Source: a virus (taxonomy: Duplodnaviria; Caudoviricetes). From it: DNA of 25,581 nucleotides. This document shows positions 1 through 8,103 of the stretch, piece after piece (position 1 is the first letter of the stretch; every line of letters begins with the position of its first letter). The position numbers were made by a program, and so were the translations under genes. The notes under the pieces are model-generated. The model made no database searches. It saw only the letters and a program-made list of their open reading frames with translations, and was not told where the DNA came from. The DNA lies in the IMG/VR virus record IMGVR_UViG_3300032330_000018, positions 1 through 25,581 of that record, one strand, 5' to 3'.

Positions 1-1
1 A

Positions 2-145
2 TTAGTTTGGTTTTTAATAACTGTAAGCGCTCACGGAAGTATAACTTACTCGCCACCAATGAAAACAATTGAAGAATGTCAACGTCTGCAAAAGATAATT
101 CCACAGCAGGGGTCACGTTGCGTAGAATTAAGGGTTATAAAATGA
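2..145 (+). CDS. small phage hypothetical protein, 5'-truncated at window edge (not in ORF track)
   Basis: Hand translation of frame +2: LVWFLITVSAHGSITYSPPMKTIEECQRLQKIIPQQGSRCVELRVIK*. It has a hydrophobic N-terminal part and two Cys. Its TGA (143-145) overlaps the next ATG (ATGA coupling). Confidence 0.6.
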   Translation, partial: LVWFLITVSAHGSITYSPPMKTIEECQRLQKIIPQQGSRCVELRVIK

Positions 146-240
146 ACCTAGACCTATTCTACGTGTGGCTTACAACTACCTGCATTGCGCTCAGTCTGGG
201 CTTTGCCTGGGGCTTTGACGTAGGTATTAAGCAACCATAG
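142..240 (+). CDS. 32-aa putative single-TM peptide (not in ORF track)
   Basis: MNLDLFYVWLTTTCIALSLGFAWGFDVGIKQP*. ATGA overlap with the upstream ORF and an AAGGG SD-like sequence at about 130-134. Its 3' end overlaps the endolysin 3' end by 14 nt. Confidence 0.45.
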   Translation: MNLDLFYVWLTTTCIALSLGFAWGFDVGIKQP

Positions 241-763
241 TGGTAGCTTTAGCCTCAACGTCAGCAACTCTTTTTAACCATCCCTTGCCGTATACAGCAA
301 ACGTAGGCAGAGACTTGTAAAAGTCCTCTTTAACTTTGCTAAATTTAGGCAGTAGGTCTAGCGGCGATGTAGAGTTAATTGCTTGCATGGTGGCTGGCCC
401 CATAGCACCATCTGCCACTGCGCCTACTGCTTTTTGAAGTAGTTTAACGGCAGCTCTCGGACCGGCATTAATTGCAAAGTCAAATGCAGCGTAATCAGTG
501 CCTGCTGGTAGCTGATCGCCGCAAACTGCATCCCAGTAATTCTTTTTGTATAATGGTTTAACGTCATTTTTGTCAAGCGATTTCATGTCATCTTGCGTGA
601 CTTTCTTGCCGATGTGCGCCTCCCAATTAGCTTGAGTGCAGCCCCACATTGTGCAGCCTTTACGACCATCTGGCAGCTTGTTACCAGGATCGCGCTCGTC
701 ATTAGTAAACCCACCTTCGTGAGCAATCACTAACTCAAATGCTTTATCCCAATTTTCTTTCAT
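227..763 (-). CDS. endolysin, glycoside hydrolase family 108 with C-terminal PG_binding_3 domain
   Basis: N-terminal HEGGFTNDERDPG (EGG motif of GH108), Y..NYWD, FDFAINAGP..AVKLLQ..VG..ADG.MGP.T and C-terminal YGKGWLKRV. Last gene of the late operon. Confidence 0.93.
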   Translation of the reverse strand: MKENWDKAFELVIAHEGGFTNDERDPGNKLPDGRKGCTMWGCTQANWEAHIGKKVTQDDMKSLDKNDVKPLYKKNYWDAVCGDQLPAGTDYAAFDFAINAGPRAAVKLLQKAVGAVADGAMGPATMQAINSTSPLDLLPKFSKVKEDFYKSLPTFAVYGKGWLKRVADVEAKATTMVA

Positions 764-1170
764 TGCTTGCCCTTCATATCAATGATTTTCTCTAATGTGC
801 GCCCGCCAAAGTAGAACGACATAATCAGCATACCCCATTGGCCTAGCAGCTCTACGTAGCGTTCATTGGTATCTAGATCAAACGCACTCATCATAGCAAA
901 TACAAAATACCCTAATATAATGGCTATAAGCGTCATAGGACGTATGTTCTTGCTCAACCATGAGTCACTACCCATATCTGATTTGAGGCGCTCTGTGAGA
1001 TTGTTTTGCTCAAGCTCATAGAGTTTAGTTTCATTAGCCATCTGTGCTAATTCACCAGATTGCGCTAATTGCGCCAATTCTAACTGTGCTTTGGCTTTAG
1101 CCTCTGGGTCCGGTATTAGCTTGTCAATCAGTTTTCCACCAATGCCTAATAACGCGTCAATTCCAAACAT
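760..1170 (-). CDS. holin, 3TM (GTA_holin_3TM-like) family
   Basis: LIDKLIPDP..KAKAQLEL N-terminus, SWLSKNIRP, hydrophobic helices and C-terminal FYFGGRTLEK. 4-nt overlap with the endolysin. Confidence 0.82.
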   Translation of the reverse strand: MFGIDALLGIGGKLIDKLIPDPEAKAKAQLELAQLAQSGELAQMANETKLYELEQNNLTERLKSDMGSDSWLSKNIRPMTLIAIILGYFVFAMMSAFDLDTNERYVELLGQWGMLIMSFYFGGRTLEKIIDMKGKQ

Positions 1171-1171
1171 G

Positions 1172-1447
1172 TTATTTACCCTCTAAAAATTCATCTAATA
1201 AAGCTCGAAATTCATAACTGTCTGCTGTTCCTAAAACTGCCGCTTGATTTTCTTTAATGAGCATTAACTGAGACTTGTTACATCCTGCGCCATTTTTCCT
1301 AAGCCAATCTAATGTGAGCCTATAACGCTGCTCTGGATTGTGCGTAGCCAATGCTAAATATTTAAAAGTTGCTAAACTACATTTATTGTCTGCCCACGCT
1401 AAAAACAAACAACAAGTTGTGATTGGGACAATTAAAAGCCATTTCAC
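1172..1447 (-). CDS. small secreted/periplasmic protein; antiholin (RI-like) candidate
   Basis: Signal-peptide-like MKWLLIVPITTCCLFLAWA|D followed by a helical-looking mature part with two Cys. 4-nt overlap with the 221-aa gene. The function is inferred. Confidence 0.55.
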   Translation of the reverse strand: MKWLLIVPITTCCLFLAWADNKCSLATFKYLALATHNPEQRYRLTLDWLRKNGAGCNKSQLMLIKENQAAVLGTADSYEFRALLDEFLEGK

Positions 1448-2109
1448 TTTGCAAGCTCTAAACTGGCAAAATTAATTCGAGTTTTAACAGATGTTAAATC
1501 TTGCGGTTCTGCCTTCCAGGTGACCGATACATAGCCTGCAAACTCGCCCACTGGTGGTGGAATGCTACCGCGACAGACAAATTTAGCGCCCTGCTTAAAT
1601 TCCCATTCACTGGATTTGCCCACAACTACTAGCTTGTCGCAAGCCACCTCACCACCCAACATCTGGATCACAGCACTATTACGAGCAGGATCAGCGCCAA
1701 ATAAACTAGAAACCAACCCATCAAGACTCCTATCTAAACCTTTCTCACCAAGCGCAAGCATTGTTATGCGTGTATTAGTAACCAGATTTACTTTATGCAC
1801 CACCACCGTGACTGCATCCAAATCCTTTTGCAATGTCTCAGCCACCGGTATCATTGCATCACGTTCTTTAAGCTGTGGTAGCTTCTCGCTAGACATAATC
1901 GCGTTAAGAATAACTTGCCTGCTATCCCATGCAAAATACCCTAAGCCAAATAGCGTGACCAGTATCACCACTTCTAGCAGCTTAAATGGTGAGTCTACCC
2001 ATTTAATCAGATCAATGGCTTTATCCACCATGCTAGATTGCGTTTTGATCTCAGACCTTACCACTGGCTTACGTGGTGGGCGTTTTGCTTTAGGTTTAGC
2101 AATGGTCAT
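1444..2109 (-). CDS. single-TM protein with periplasmic GAF-like domain; T4 holin T-like candidate
   Basis: Basic N-terminus, amphipathic helix, one TM (LLEVVILVTLFGLGYFAW), then about 155 aa of alpha/beta domain ending KFVCRGSIPPPVGEFAGYVSVTW plus a helix. Size and layout resemble T4 T as recalled. Confidence 0.55.
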   Translation of the reverse strand: MTIAKPKAKRPPRKPVVRSEIKTQSSMVDKAIDLIKWVDSPFKLLEVVILVTLFGLGYFAWDSRQVILNAIMSSEKLPQLKERDAMIPVAETLQKDLDAVTVVVHKVNLVTNTRITMLALGEKGLDRSLDGLVSSLFGADPARNSAVIQMLGGEVACDKLVVVGKSSEWEFKQGAKFVCRGSIPPPVGEFAGYVSVTWKAEPQDLTSVKTRINFASLELAK

Positions 2110-2327
2110 CTATCCACCTTTTTATCTAACTTGCAAAATATCTTGTCGAGCATTTCATATACACGTTTTAAATCATCTCGATAATCTTCTTTAGTTAAAT
2201 AAAGCCCAGGCATTTCTTGCAAACGATCCTCAATTCGATTAATAGACCGCGTTATGGAATTAAGAATCCATCCACCTAAGAATCCAGCGCATCCAAGAAC
2301 AACATTAATGACCGTTTGCGTATCCAT
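2106..2327 (-). CDS. small membrane-anchored coiled-coil protein (lysis-cassette/holin-like)
   Basis: N-terminal TM (VINVVLGCAGFLGGWIL) then coiled coil ...YLTKEDYRDDLKRVYEMLDKIFCKLDKK. This type is commonly found upstream of phage endolysins. Confidence 0.7.
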   Translation of the reverse strand: MDTQTVINVVLGCAGFLGGWILNSITRSINRIEDRLQEMPGLYLTKEDYRDDLKRVYEMLDKIFCKLDKKVDR

Positions 2328-2491
2328 TAGTCTGTGCCGCCTGCTTTATCAGTCTGCTCTACCTCTTTAACTTGTGGCGCAGCTTGTGATTGTATTTTAG
2401 CAATCAAACCTTGAACCTGAACAAATGGCATTTGCCCTAATGCCCCAAGAACACCATTAACCTCTGCCAAATCTAATTCTAATTTAATCAT
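2327..2491 (-). CDS. 54-aa phage hypothetical protein (below ORF-track cutoff)
   Basis: Hand translation: MIKLELDLAEVNGVLGALGQMPFVQVQGLIAKIQSQAAPQVKEVEQTDKAGGTD*. GAGGG SD upstream and TAATG overlap with the next gene. It fills the gap exactly. Confidence 0.8.
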   Translation of the reverse strand: MIKLELDLAEVNGVLGALGQMPFVQVQGLIAKIQSQAAPQVKEVEQTDKAGGTD

Positions 2492-2498
2492 AAATCCC

Positions 2499-2765
2499 TC
2501 AAATTAAGTAAGAAATAACAACAGTAACGCCACCTGCTGTGGTAGCCACAAAGTCCATAAACTCAACCCCATGCGGTGGCGGCAGACCTTGCTTTGCCGC
2601 TTTGTAATTAGCCAACCAATCGCTAAACTCTTTCAATGCGGCAACTGCGGCACACACGCCTAGAGATAACCAAACAATGTGTGTTAAGCACATTATACCG
2701 CTACAGATTAAAGAGCCATAGAAGTAATGCCCTAGTTTATCTGGTGGGATTGTTGGCAGGTTCAT
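2499..2765 (-). CDS. small membrane protein, VanZ/YfiM(DUF2279)-like motif
   Basis: DKLGHYFYG ... AALKEFSD ... MDFVATTAGG pattern (DKxxH, KExxD, DxxA) around hydrophobic helices. Confidence 0.55.
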   Translation of the reverse strand: MNLPTIPPDKLGHYFYGSLICSGIMCLTHIVWLSLGVCAAVAALKEFSDWLANYKAAKQGLPPPHGVEFMDFVATTAGGVTVVISYLI

Positions 2766-2977
2766 TGTGCAGCCGATTGTAATGGTGCTAAATCTTCATT
2801 AGTCCAGAAATCTTTGGCAATCATAATAGACAAATGCTCTTTATTACGCTTCAGACAGTCAGCCCAATCGTTATCTGACATGCCTTCTGGTTGCCCACCG
2901 TTAATTAAGTTCACTGAGTCCATTGCGGCTGAATAGTGTTGTGCAATTTGCTCAGGTGTTAGTTGGTCAATATCCAT
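2762..2977 (-). CDS. conserved phage hypothetical protein following tail fibre (possible fibre assembly factor)
   Basis: 71-aa acidic ORF 2 nt after the fibre stop, with AGGAG SD in the fibre 3' end. Function inferred from position. Confidence 0.6.
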   Translation of the reverse strand: MDIDQLTPEQIAQHYSAAMDSVNLINGGQPEGMSDNDWADCLKRNKEHLSIMIAKDFWTNEDLAPLQSAAQ

Positions 2978-2979
2978 CT

Positions 2980-4896
2980 TTATGCTCCTTTTAGTTGAGA
3001 TTCTAAGGCTTCCACCTTAGCGTTGAGTTGCTTTACTGCATTGATTAAATACCAAGTTAAGTTGTCAGATTGAACAGACATAACTCCTGTCGATTCTGTT
3101 TTAACGCAATCAGGTAATATTTGTTGAAGTTCTTGAGCAATTGCACCTAATTGAATACCTTTAATATTAATTGCTTGATTTTCTGGCAAATCTGTAATTT
3201 CTTCTGGCAAACGATACTCAAAATTACGCACTTGAATTTGAGATATTGCATTTAATCCAATTGTGTTATCAACAATGTTCTTTTTAAGTCTTTGGTCAGA
3301 CGTAATAGACCATGCGGCAGAATTATTGCCTTGATATGTACCACCTCCATTCATATTAATAAATCCAGTATTTGCACCTTTACCGACAGCGCCATAACCT
3401 ATTGCCATTTCATAAGTTACTGAAGATGATGAAGCAGTAGTATATGTACCTAAATAAATACATTGAGCGCCAGTTGTTAAAGCTGTAGTGTAATTTCCAG
3501 AATTAGAACCAATGCAAATATTATTTGTTCCAGTTGTTATGCTATAACCGGCTTGCCATCCATAAAAAGTATTATCATTTCCAGTGCAACTATAACCAGA
3601 GGTATATCCCATTGCTGTCATGTGATTACCAGTTTGTGTGCTATAACCCGCCTGATATCCGACTGCTGTGTTTTGAGATGCGGTGGTGTTTGCATTTAAT
3701 GATTGATACCCAGCCGCCACGTTGTTTGAACCTGTGGTGTTCGATGAAAGCGAATTGTTTCCAACGGCGGTATTAGTTGCGCCTGTTGAGTTTGTATACC
3801 CAGACGCAGAACCAATAAAACAATTTGCCGAGCCAGTTGTAGTGCCATTACCCGCCACATAACCAAATGCTGTATTGTTACCACCAGTGGTGTTTCCTTG
3901 GAGAGCGGCGTATCCAACGGCAGTGCTTTGAACGCCAGTTGTGTTATTGTAAAGTGCTGACGTTCCAACCGCTGTAAGACTTGAGCCAGTAGTATTAGCA
4001 TAAGCCGCCTGATAGCCCACGGCTGTATTGTTACCTGCGGTGGTGTTGAAAAATAATGCGGAGTGACCAATCCCTACGTTACCAGCGCCAGTAGTATTTG
4101 TATAAAGTGAATTTACGCCTAATCCAGAATTATAATTTCCAGTAGTATTGCCTCTTAAAGACTGCAAACCAATTGCAGTAATTTCTGTTCCAGTTGTATT
4201 AGAAAAAGCAGAAGCGTATCCAACAGCAGTATTGTTAGATGCAGTGCTATTAGAATAAAGAGATTGGAATCCTATAGCAATATTGCTTCCTCCAGTTGTG
4301 TTAGTTGTAAGAGCAACATGACCAACAGCGACATTACTTGAACCAGTGGTATTTGCATACATGGCTTGATTGCCACCAATTGCAATATTTTGACTGCCAG
4401 TTGTATTTAATCCTAATGCTTGTTTTCCAATGCCCGTATTATCGCCGCCAGTTGTATTAGCCGCCAACGCACTAGCACCTACCGCAGTATTACTTGAAAT
4501 AGCACCCGCACCACGCCCGACTGTTAGACCGTATACAGTTAAGTCAGTGCCAGAGTAGAGTAGGTTGGCTGAGTCAGTTAAAAGACCTGCTGTGCTTGCA
4601 TAAGGCACACGCCCAGATGTCAACGCAGAGTTAGTTAATGTGCTAACAGTCGCAGCTCGACCATAGCTTAACGCATCGCCTGTAGTAGTTGCTGCGGCAA
4701 TGCCGGTAATCTTAAACCCGCCCATAGGAATATTAGCAGTTGGTGTGGTCTGCCCGTCTTTAGTGAGCGCAGTAGTAAGACCAGTTGCAAGATCGGCAGT
4801 CAGTGCGTTAAATGCAGTCGAGCTGATTACTGTGCCAGTGACTACTGGTTGACCTGCTGTGTTGATGTTGAATACGCCGCTTCCATTGTATGACAT
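2980..4896 (-). CDS. tail fibre/receptor-binding protein with 17-aa beta-roll repeats and C-terminal Peptidase S74 intramolecular chaperone
   Basis: N-terminal anchor (NALTADLATGLTTALTKDGQTTPTANIPMGGFKITG), about 20 NTAVGxxALxxNTTG repeats, and C-terminal SDQRLKKNI...GAIAQEL...LINAVKQLNAKVEALE. Confidence 0.9.
   Translation of the reverse strand: MSYNGSGVFNINTAGQPVVTGTVISSTAFNALTADLATGLTTALTKDGQTTPTANIPMGGFKITGIAAATTTGDALSYGRAATVSTLTNSALTSGRVPYASTAGLLTDSANLLYSGTDLTVYGLTVGRGAGAISSNTAVGASALAANTTGGDNTGIGKQALGLNTTGSQNIAIGGNQAMYANTTGSSNVAVGHVALTTNTTGGSNIAIGFQSLYSNSTASNNTAVGYASAFSNTTGTEITAIGLQSLRGNTTGNYNSGLGVNSLYTNTTGAGNVGIGHSALFFNTTAGNNTAVGYQAAYANTTGSSLTAVGTSALYNNTTGVQSTAVGYAALQGNTTGGNNTAFGYVAGNGTTTGSANCFIGSASGYTNSTGATNTAVGNNSLSSNTTGSNNVAAGYQSLNANTTASQNTAVGYQAGYSTQTGNHMTAMGYTSGYSCTGNDNTFYGWQAGYSITTGTNNICIGSNSGNYTTALTTGAQCIYLGTYTTASSSSVTYEMAIGYGAVGKGANTGFINMNGGGTYQGNNSAAWSITSDQRLKKNIVDNTIGLNAISQIQVRNFEYRLPEEITDLPENQAINIKGIQLGAIAQELQQILPDCVKTESTGVMSVQSDNLTWYLINAVKQLNAKVEALESQLKGA
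3470..4494 (-). repeat. about 20 tandem 17-aa (51-nt) coding repeats, YadA-head-like
   Basis: Examples: SNTAVGASALAANTTGG / NNTAVGYASAFSNTTGT / NNTAVGYQAAYANTTGS / QNTAVGYQAGYSTQTGN. Confidence 0.9.
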
Positions 4897-4906
4897 GATA
4901 GATTCC

Positions 4907-6631
4907 TTATTGATTAAATTGACTTGCTGCTGGTGCAGAGTATGGTCCTAATCTTCTAATTGCCTCTGCTGCCTCTTTTGCGTTAGTAGGTCTTTTTGCA
5001 AGCATAGCAGCCATTGCTTGCCTACCATAAGGCAGGTATGGCAATGATGCTATAGCGCCACCTGTCAACACTTCTGGCGATATATAACCTGCACTAGCAG
5101 CACCTACGCCACCAATATTAAGAGCAGCTCTACCTGCTGTGCCAGAATCAGGATATTTAGGCGATAAAACTGATTTACCTGCATCTGTTAAATCTTGCAT
5201 TAATGCAGTGCCTTCAGAATAAGCCCGCTTGCCAACAGTTTTATCTTGACCTCTTACAGCAGCCGCCAATTGAGCAGGTGTAAATTGCCCTTCTAATGAG
5301 CCTTGCCTACCTGCTGCATCTCTTAGCCTTGCGTATTGAGCGTATCCTTCATTAATTTTGCTTAATTCTTTGGCTTGAGATGGATTGGTTCTTTGTATAT
5401 TTTGCCGCACTAAATTTAATGCTTCTTCTAATGCGCTACCCAATTGACGTTTATCAAAAGATTGCTCGCCTAAATATCCTTTTGCTTGTCTACTTAATTC
5501 ACTTTCAACAGTCTTAAGAGTATCTCCACTCATTAAACCGCTTGGAGTCATTCTTTTTTCTAATTGATTGACAATAAGATTTTCAAATTGCCTTGCTTCT
5601 TGTTCAGGCAATTGAGATGCTAATTGCCTTAAATTAGCTAAATCAGATGTAAATGTTGCATCAGCTTTAAACGTCAATTTAGGCAATAAAGCATTATAAG
5701 CAGATGATAATTTTTCCCTAACGTCTGCAATACCTTCTCTGCCTATATTTTCTGTTTTCTCGCCAATAGATTTTAATGCTCTAGCCAATGCAGCAGAATT
5801 AAACTCATTTAATCCTTGTTTTCTAGCATAAGCAATAGCATCGCCAAGCAATGGCATACTGGTTAATTTATCTTCAATTGTCTGTGCTGTGCCGCCAAGT
5901 ATCTGACCTGGTGTTGGCGTAACGCCTTCTTTCATTAGCATCTGCACTTGAGGATTAACTTTAGGATTAACCATTGCACCCGCAGCAGGAAAAGCACCAC
6001 CAAATGCGCCACCAACAGCCATTTGTTTTGCTTTTTCTTTTGCGTAATCGCCTTCAGTAACCGGCGCTGTAATACCGCCCATTAAAGCACCACCGCCAAG
6101 CCCTGCGGCAATTCTGCCGCCTGTGGTTAATGCTTGCGGTATTCTTGATGCAATAGCTAGATTGGCAGGATTAAGAATATTGCCACCCATTCGAGCAAAA
6201 TCTATCCCTTCATTACCTGCTGCTTTTCTTTGGCGCTGATATTCTGCCTCATGCTCACTGATTTGCTGATTAAGACCGCCTTCAGGCAATCGGCCAACTA
6301 ATCCTGTTTTATCAGCCAAATAATTGTTTAATTCATTACCTGCTTTAACAACACCCGCAGGCAATGCGTTAGTCAACATTTGAGCGCCTGCGGTGACTGG
6401 ATCGAGCAAGCCCTGACCAAACCTTGATAAAGCAGAGCTTAATTGTTGTGGCGATCTGCCAGCAGGTGGCTGAGTAACATTTTGAGCAGGCGCTGCCTGT
6501 GGTTGAGCAGCCGCTTGAGCAGGCATTATTTTAGTTTTAATAACATTAGCCACATCATCATCAGACATGGATGCCGGAAATTCAACCGGCCCCATATTAG
6601 GAATGTCAACCAACATAAATTGTTCAGCCAT
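4907..6631 (-). CDS. internal virion / DNA ejection protein
   Basis: 574 aa, Ala/Gly/Gln-rich and helical, with Gly-rich hydrophobic stretches (AAGLGGGALMGG, AVGGAFGGAF). Lies between nozzle and fibre, as podovirus ejection genes do. Confidence 0.7.
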   Translation of the reverse strand: MAEQFMLVDIPNMGPVEFPASMSDDDVANVIKTKIMPAQAAAQPQAAPAQNVTQPPAGRSPQQLSSALSRFGQGLLDPVTAGAQMLTNALPAGVVKAGNELNNYLADKTGLVGRLPEGGLNQQISEHEAEYQRQRKAAGNEGIDFARMGGNILNPANLAIASRIPQALTTGGRIAAGLGGGALMGGITAPVTEGDYAKEKAKQMAVGGAFGGAFPAAGAMVNPKVNPQVQMLMKEGVTPTPGQILGGTAQTIEDKLTSMPLLGDAIAYARKQGLNEFNSAALARALKSIGEKTENIGREGIADVREKLSSAYNALLPKLTFKADATFTSDLANLRQLASQLPEQEARQFENLIVNQLEKRMTPSGLMSGDTLKTVESELSRQAKGYLGEQSFDKRQLGSALEEALNLVRQNIQRTNPSQAKELSKINEGYAQYARLRDAAGRQGSLEGQFTPAQLAAAVRGQDKTVGKRAYSEGTALMQDLTDAGKSVLSPKYPDSGTAGRAALNIGGVGAASAGYISPEVLTGGAIASLPYLPYGRQAMAAMLAKRPTNAKEAAEAIRRLGPYSAPAASQFNQ

Positions 6632-8094
6632 TATTCAACCTTCCCAGTTGCAGGATTGTATCTAGGAATTTTACCGGTAGATTTTTGTTCATTAAGATTT
6701 GGAATGCCTTTGTAACCTTGACTTTCACTATAAATTGAATTTGTCATTTGCATAATATCTTGAATCTCTGCTCTCATATTATTCAATTTAGTTTTTAAAG
6801 TTGCAGCATCGTCAGTTGGCTGTGGCAAAAATGGTTTTAATCTAGCAAATTCACTAGCAGATACAGCAGCACCACTTAAATCATGCACTTTAGTGGCTGC
6901 TAATTCAGCAAGCGCCGCTCTTGCCGCAGTGCCTGCTTTATCCGTTCTATTTAATATTGCAGATGGTGTTATGCCTTTTAAAAGACCAGTAGCATCAGGA
7001 GTTTGATTTACTAATTTTTCGGTTCTATCAACTTTATTTAAGAAAGCCTGATTTCCAATTATTGCAGTATTAACGTGCTGTGGCACTGGCTTGAGCTTTT
7101 CACCTACTGGCGAGAATCCTTCAATAACAGATGGCGCACCACCGCCCTTACCTGGCTGTATAAATACTGGTCTGCCTTGTGCGTCAGTAGCGGCAACTGG
7201 CGCACCATAGGTTACATTAGTAGATGTTGATTTGCCTTCCCTTACTTTTCTTAATGTGTAATCATTAAAGCTCAATGGTTTTTTACCTGCTGCCGTTTCT
7301 TGTTCAACATAAAATTCATATTGAGCAATTTCTGTTGGCTTTGCAGCAGGCGCTCTACCTTGAGCAATTACAGCAGGATCGGCAGGACCGCCAGGAATAT
7401 ATGCAAGTGTCTTTTTACCGTCTACCATTCTCATTTCAAAACCTGACGGTGGTTTATCTTCATCTCTTGGCTTTAATACTGAGTAATCTCTGCCGTTTGT
7501 TTTTGCAAATGCAGAAATACTATCATCGGTAAAATCTTTTGGATTTATTTTTGCAAATGCAGATTCTGGAGTTTTAAGTGATTCAGCCAACATTGTTCCA
7601 CCAACATTTTGTAACATTGGATTGGATGATTGCAATGCCAACGCAAGCGCTTTCCTGCGGTCAGGCGCAACTGCTTCAACAGCAGGTATTTGATATGCGC
7701 CGGTATCACTAACGCCACCATTAACAGCACCACGGTCTTGCGCTTGAGCAATCTCTTGCGGATCAAGAACTGCCGCACGTTCTGGCATACCTGGTGTGCC
7801 TGTCATAGCGCCCATAAAATCTTTGATCTCACCTTGACGTTCTGATCTGACTTTCTCACCCAATGCTTTCTGTTCTTCCAAAGCAGCAGCTTGGCCTCTA
7901 CCGCCCATATACGCTTGCAACATCTTAGCCAATCCTTGATATGGACTAATACGTGCCTCAATGCCGTTATAGCTGAATTTTTCAATAGGCTGTAATGCTT
8001 GAGCTTGCATAATCTCAGCCATTTTCTGACGGCGAGCAATATCAGCAGCTTGAGCTGCATATGGGTCTTGCACATTAAAATTATATTCTGCCAT
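6631..8094 (-). CDS. internal virion / DNA ejection protein
   Basis: 487 aa, Ala/Gln/Pro-rich. TAATG-coupled to the next gene, in the ejection-gene position. Confidence 0.7.
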   Translation of the reverse strand: MAEYNFNVQDPYAAQAADIARRQKMAEIMQAQALQPIEKFSYNGIEARISPYQGLAKMLQAYMGGRGQAAALEEQKALGEKVRSERQGEIKDFMGAMTGTPGMPERAAVLDPQEIAQAQDRGAVNGGVSDTGAYQIPAVEAVAPDRRKALALALQSSNPMLQNVGGTMLAESLKTPESAFAKINPKDFTDDSISAFAKTNGRDYSVLKPRDEDKPPSGFEMRMVDGKKTLAYIPGGPADPAVIAQGRAPAAKPTEIAQYEFYVEQETAAGKKPLSFNDYTLRKVREGKSTSTNVTYGAPVAATDAQGRPVFIQPGKGGGAPSVIEGFSPVGEKLKPVPQHVNTAIIGNQAFLNKVDRTEKLVNQTPDATGLLKGITPSAILNRTDKAGTAARAALAELAATKVHDLSGAAVSASEFARLKPFLPQPTDDAATLKTKLNNMRAEIQDIMQMTNSIYSESQGYKGIPNLNEQKSTGKIPRYNPATGKVE

Positions 8095-8103
8095 AATAAT
8101 TCC

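Noticed and set aside
1172-1447. 91-aa protein as a lipoprotein spanin
   Set aside because: ITTC is not a canonical lipobox, an AxA signal peptidase I site follows, and there is no C-terminal TM or Pro-rich body.
1562-2194. 210-aa + strand ORF
   Set aside because: Antisense shadow of the 221-aa gene with Ser/Leu/Thr-biased composition, no SD and no motif.
3470-4494. Periodic DNA resembling a CRISPR array or DGR template
   Set aside because: Repeats are degenerate at third codon positions and in frame (coding repeats). There are no identical direct repeats with spacers, no cas or reverse transcriptase gene, and no adenine-specific TR/VR pair seen.
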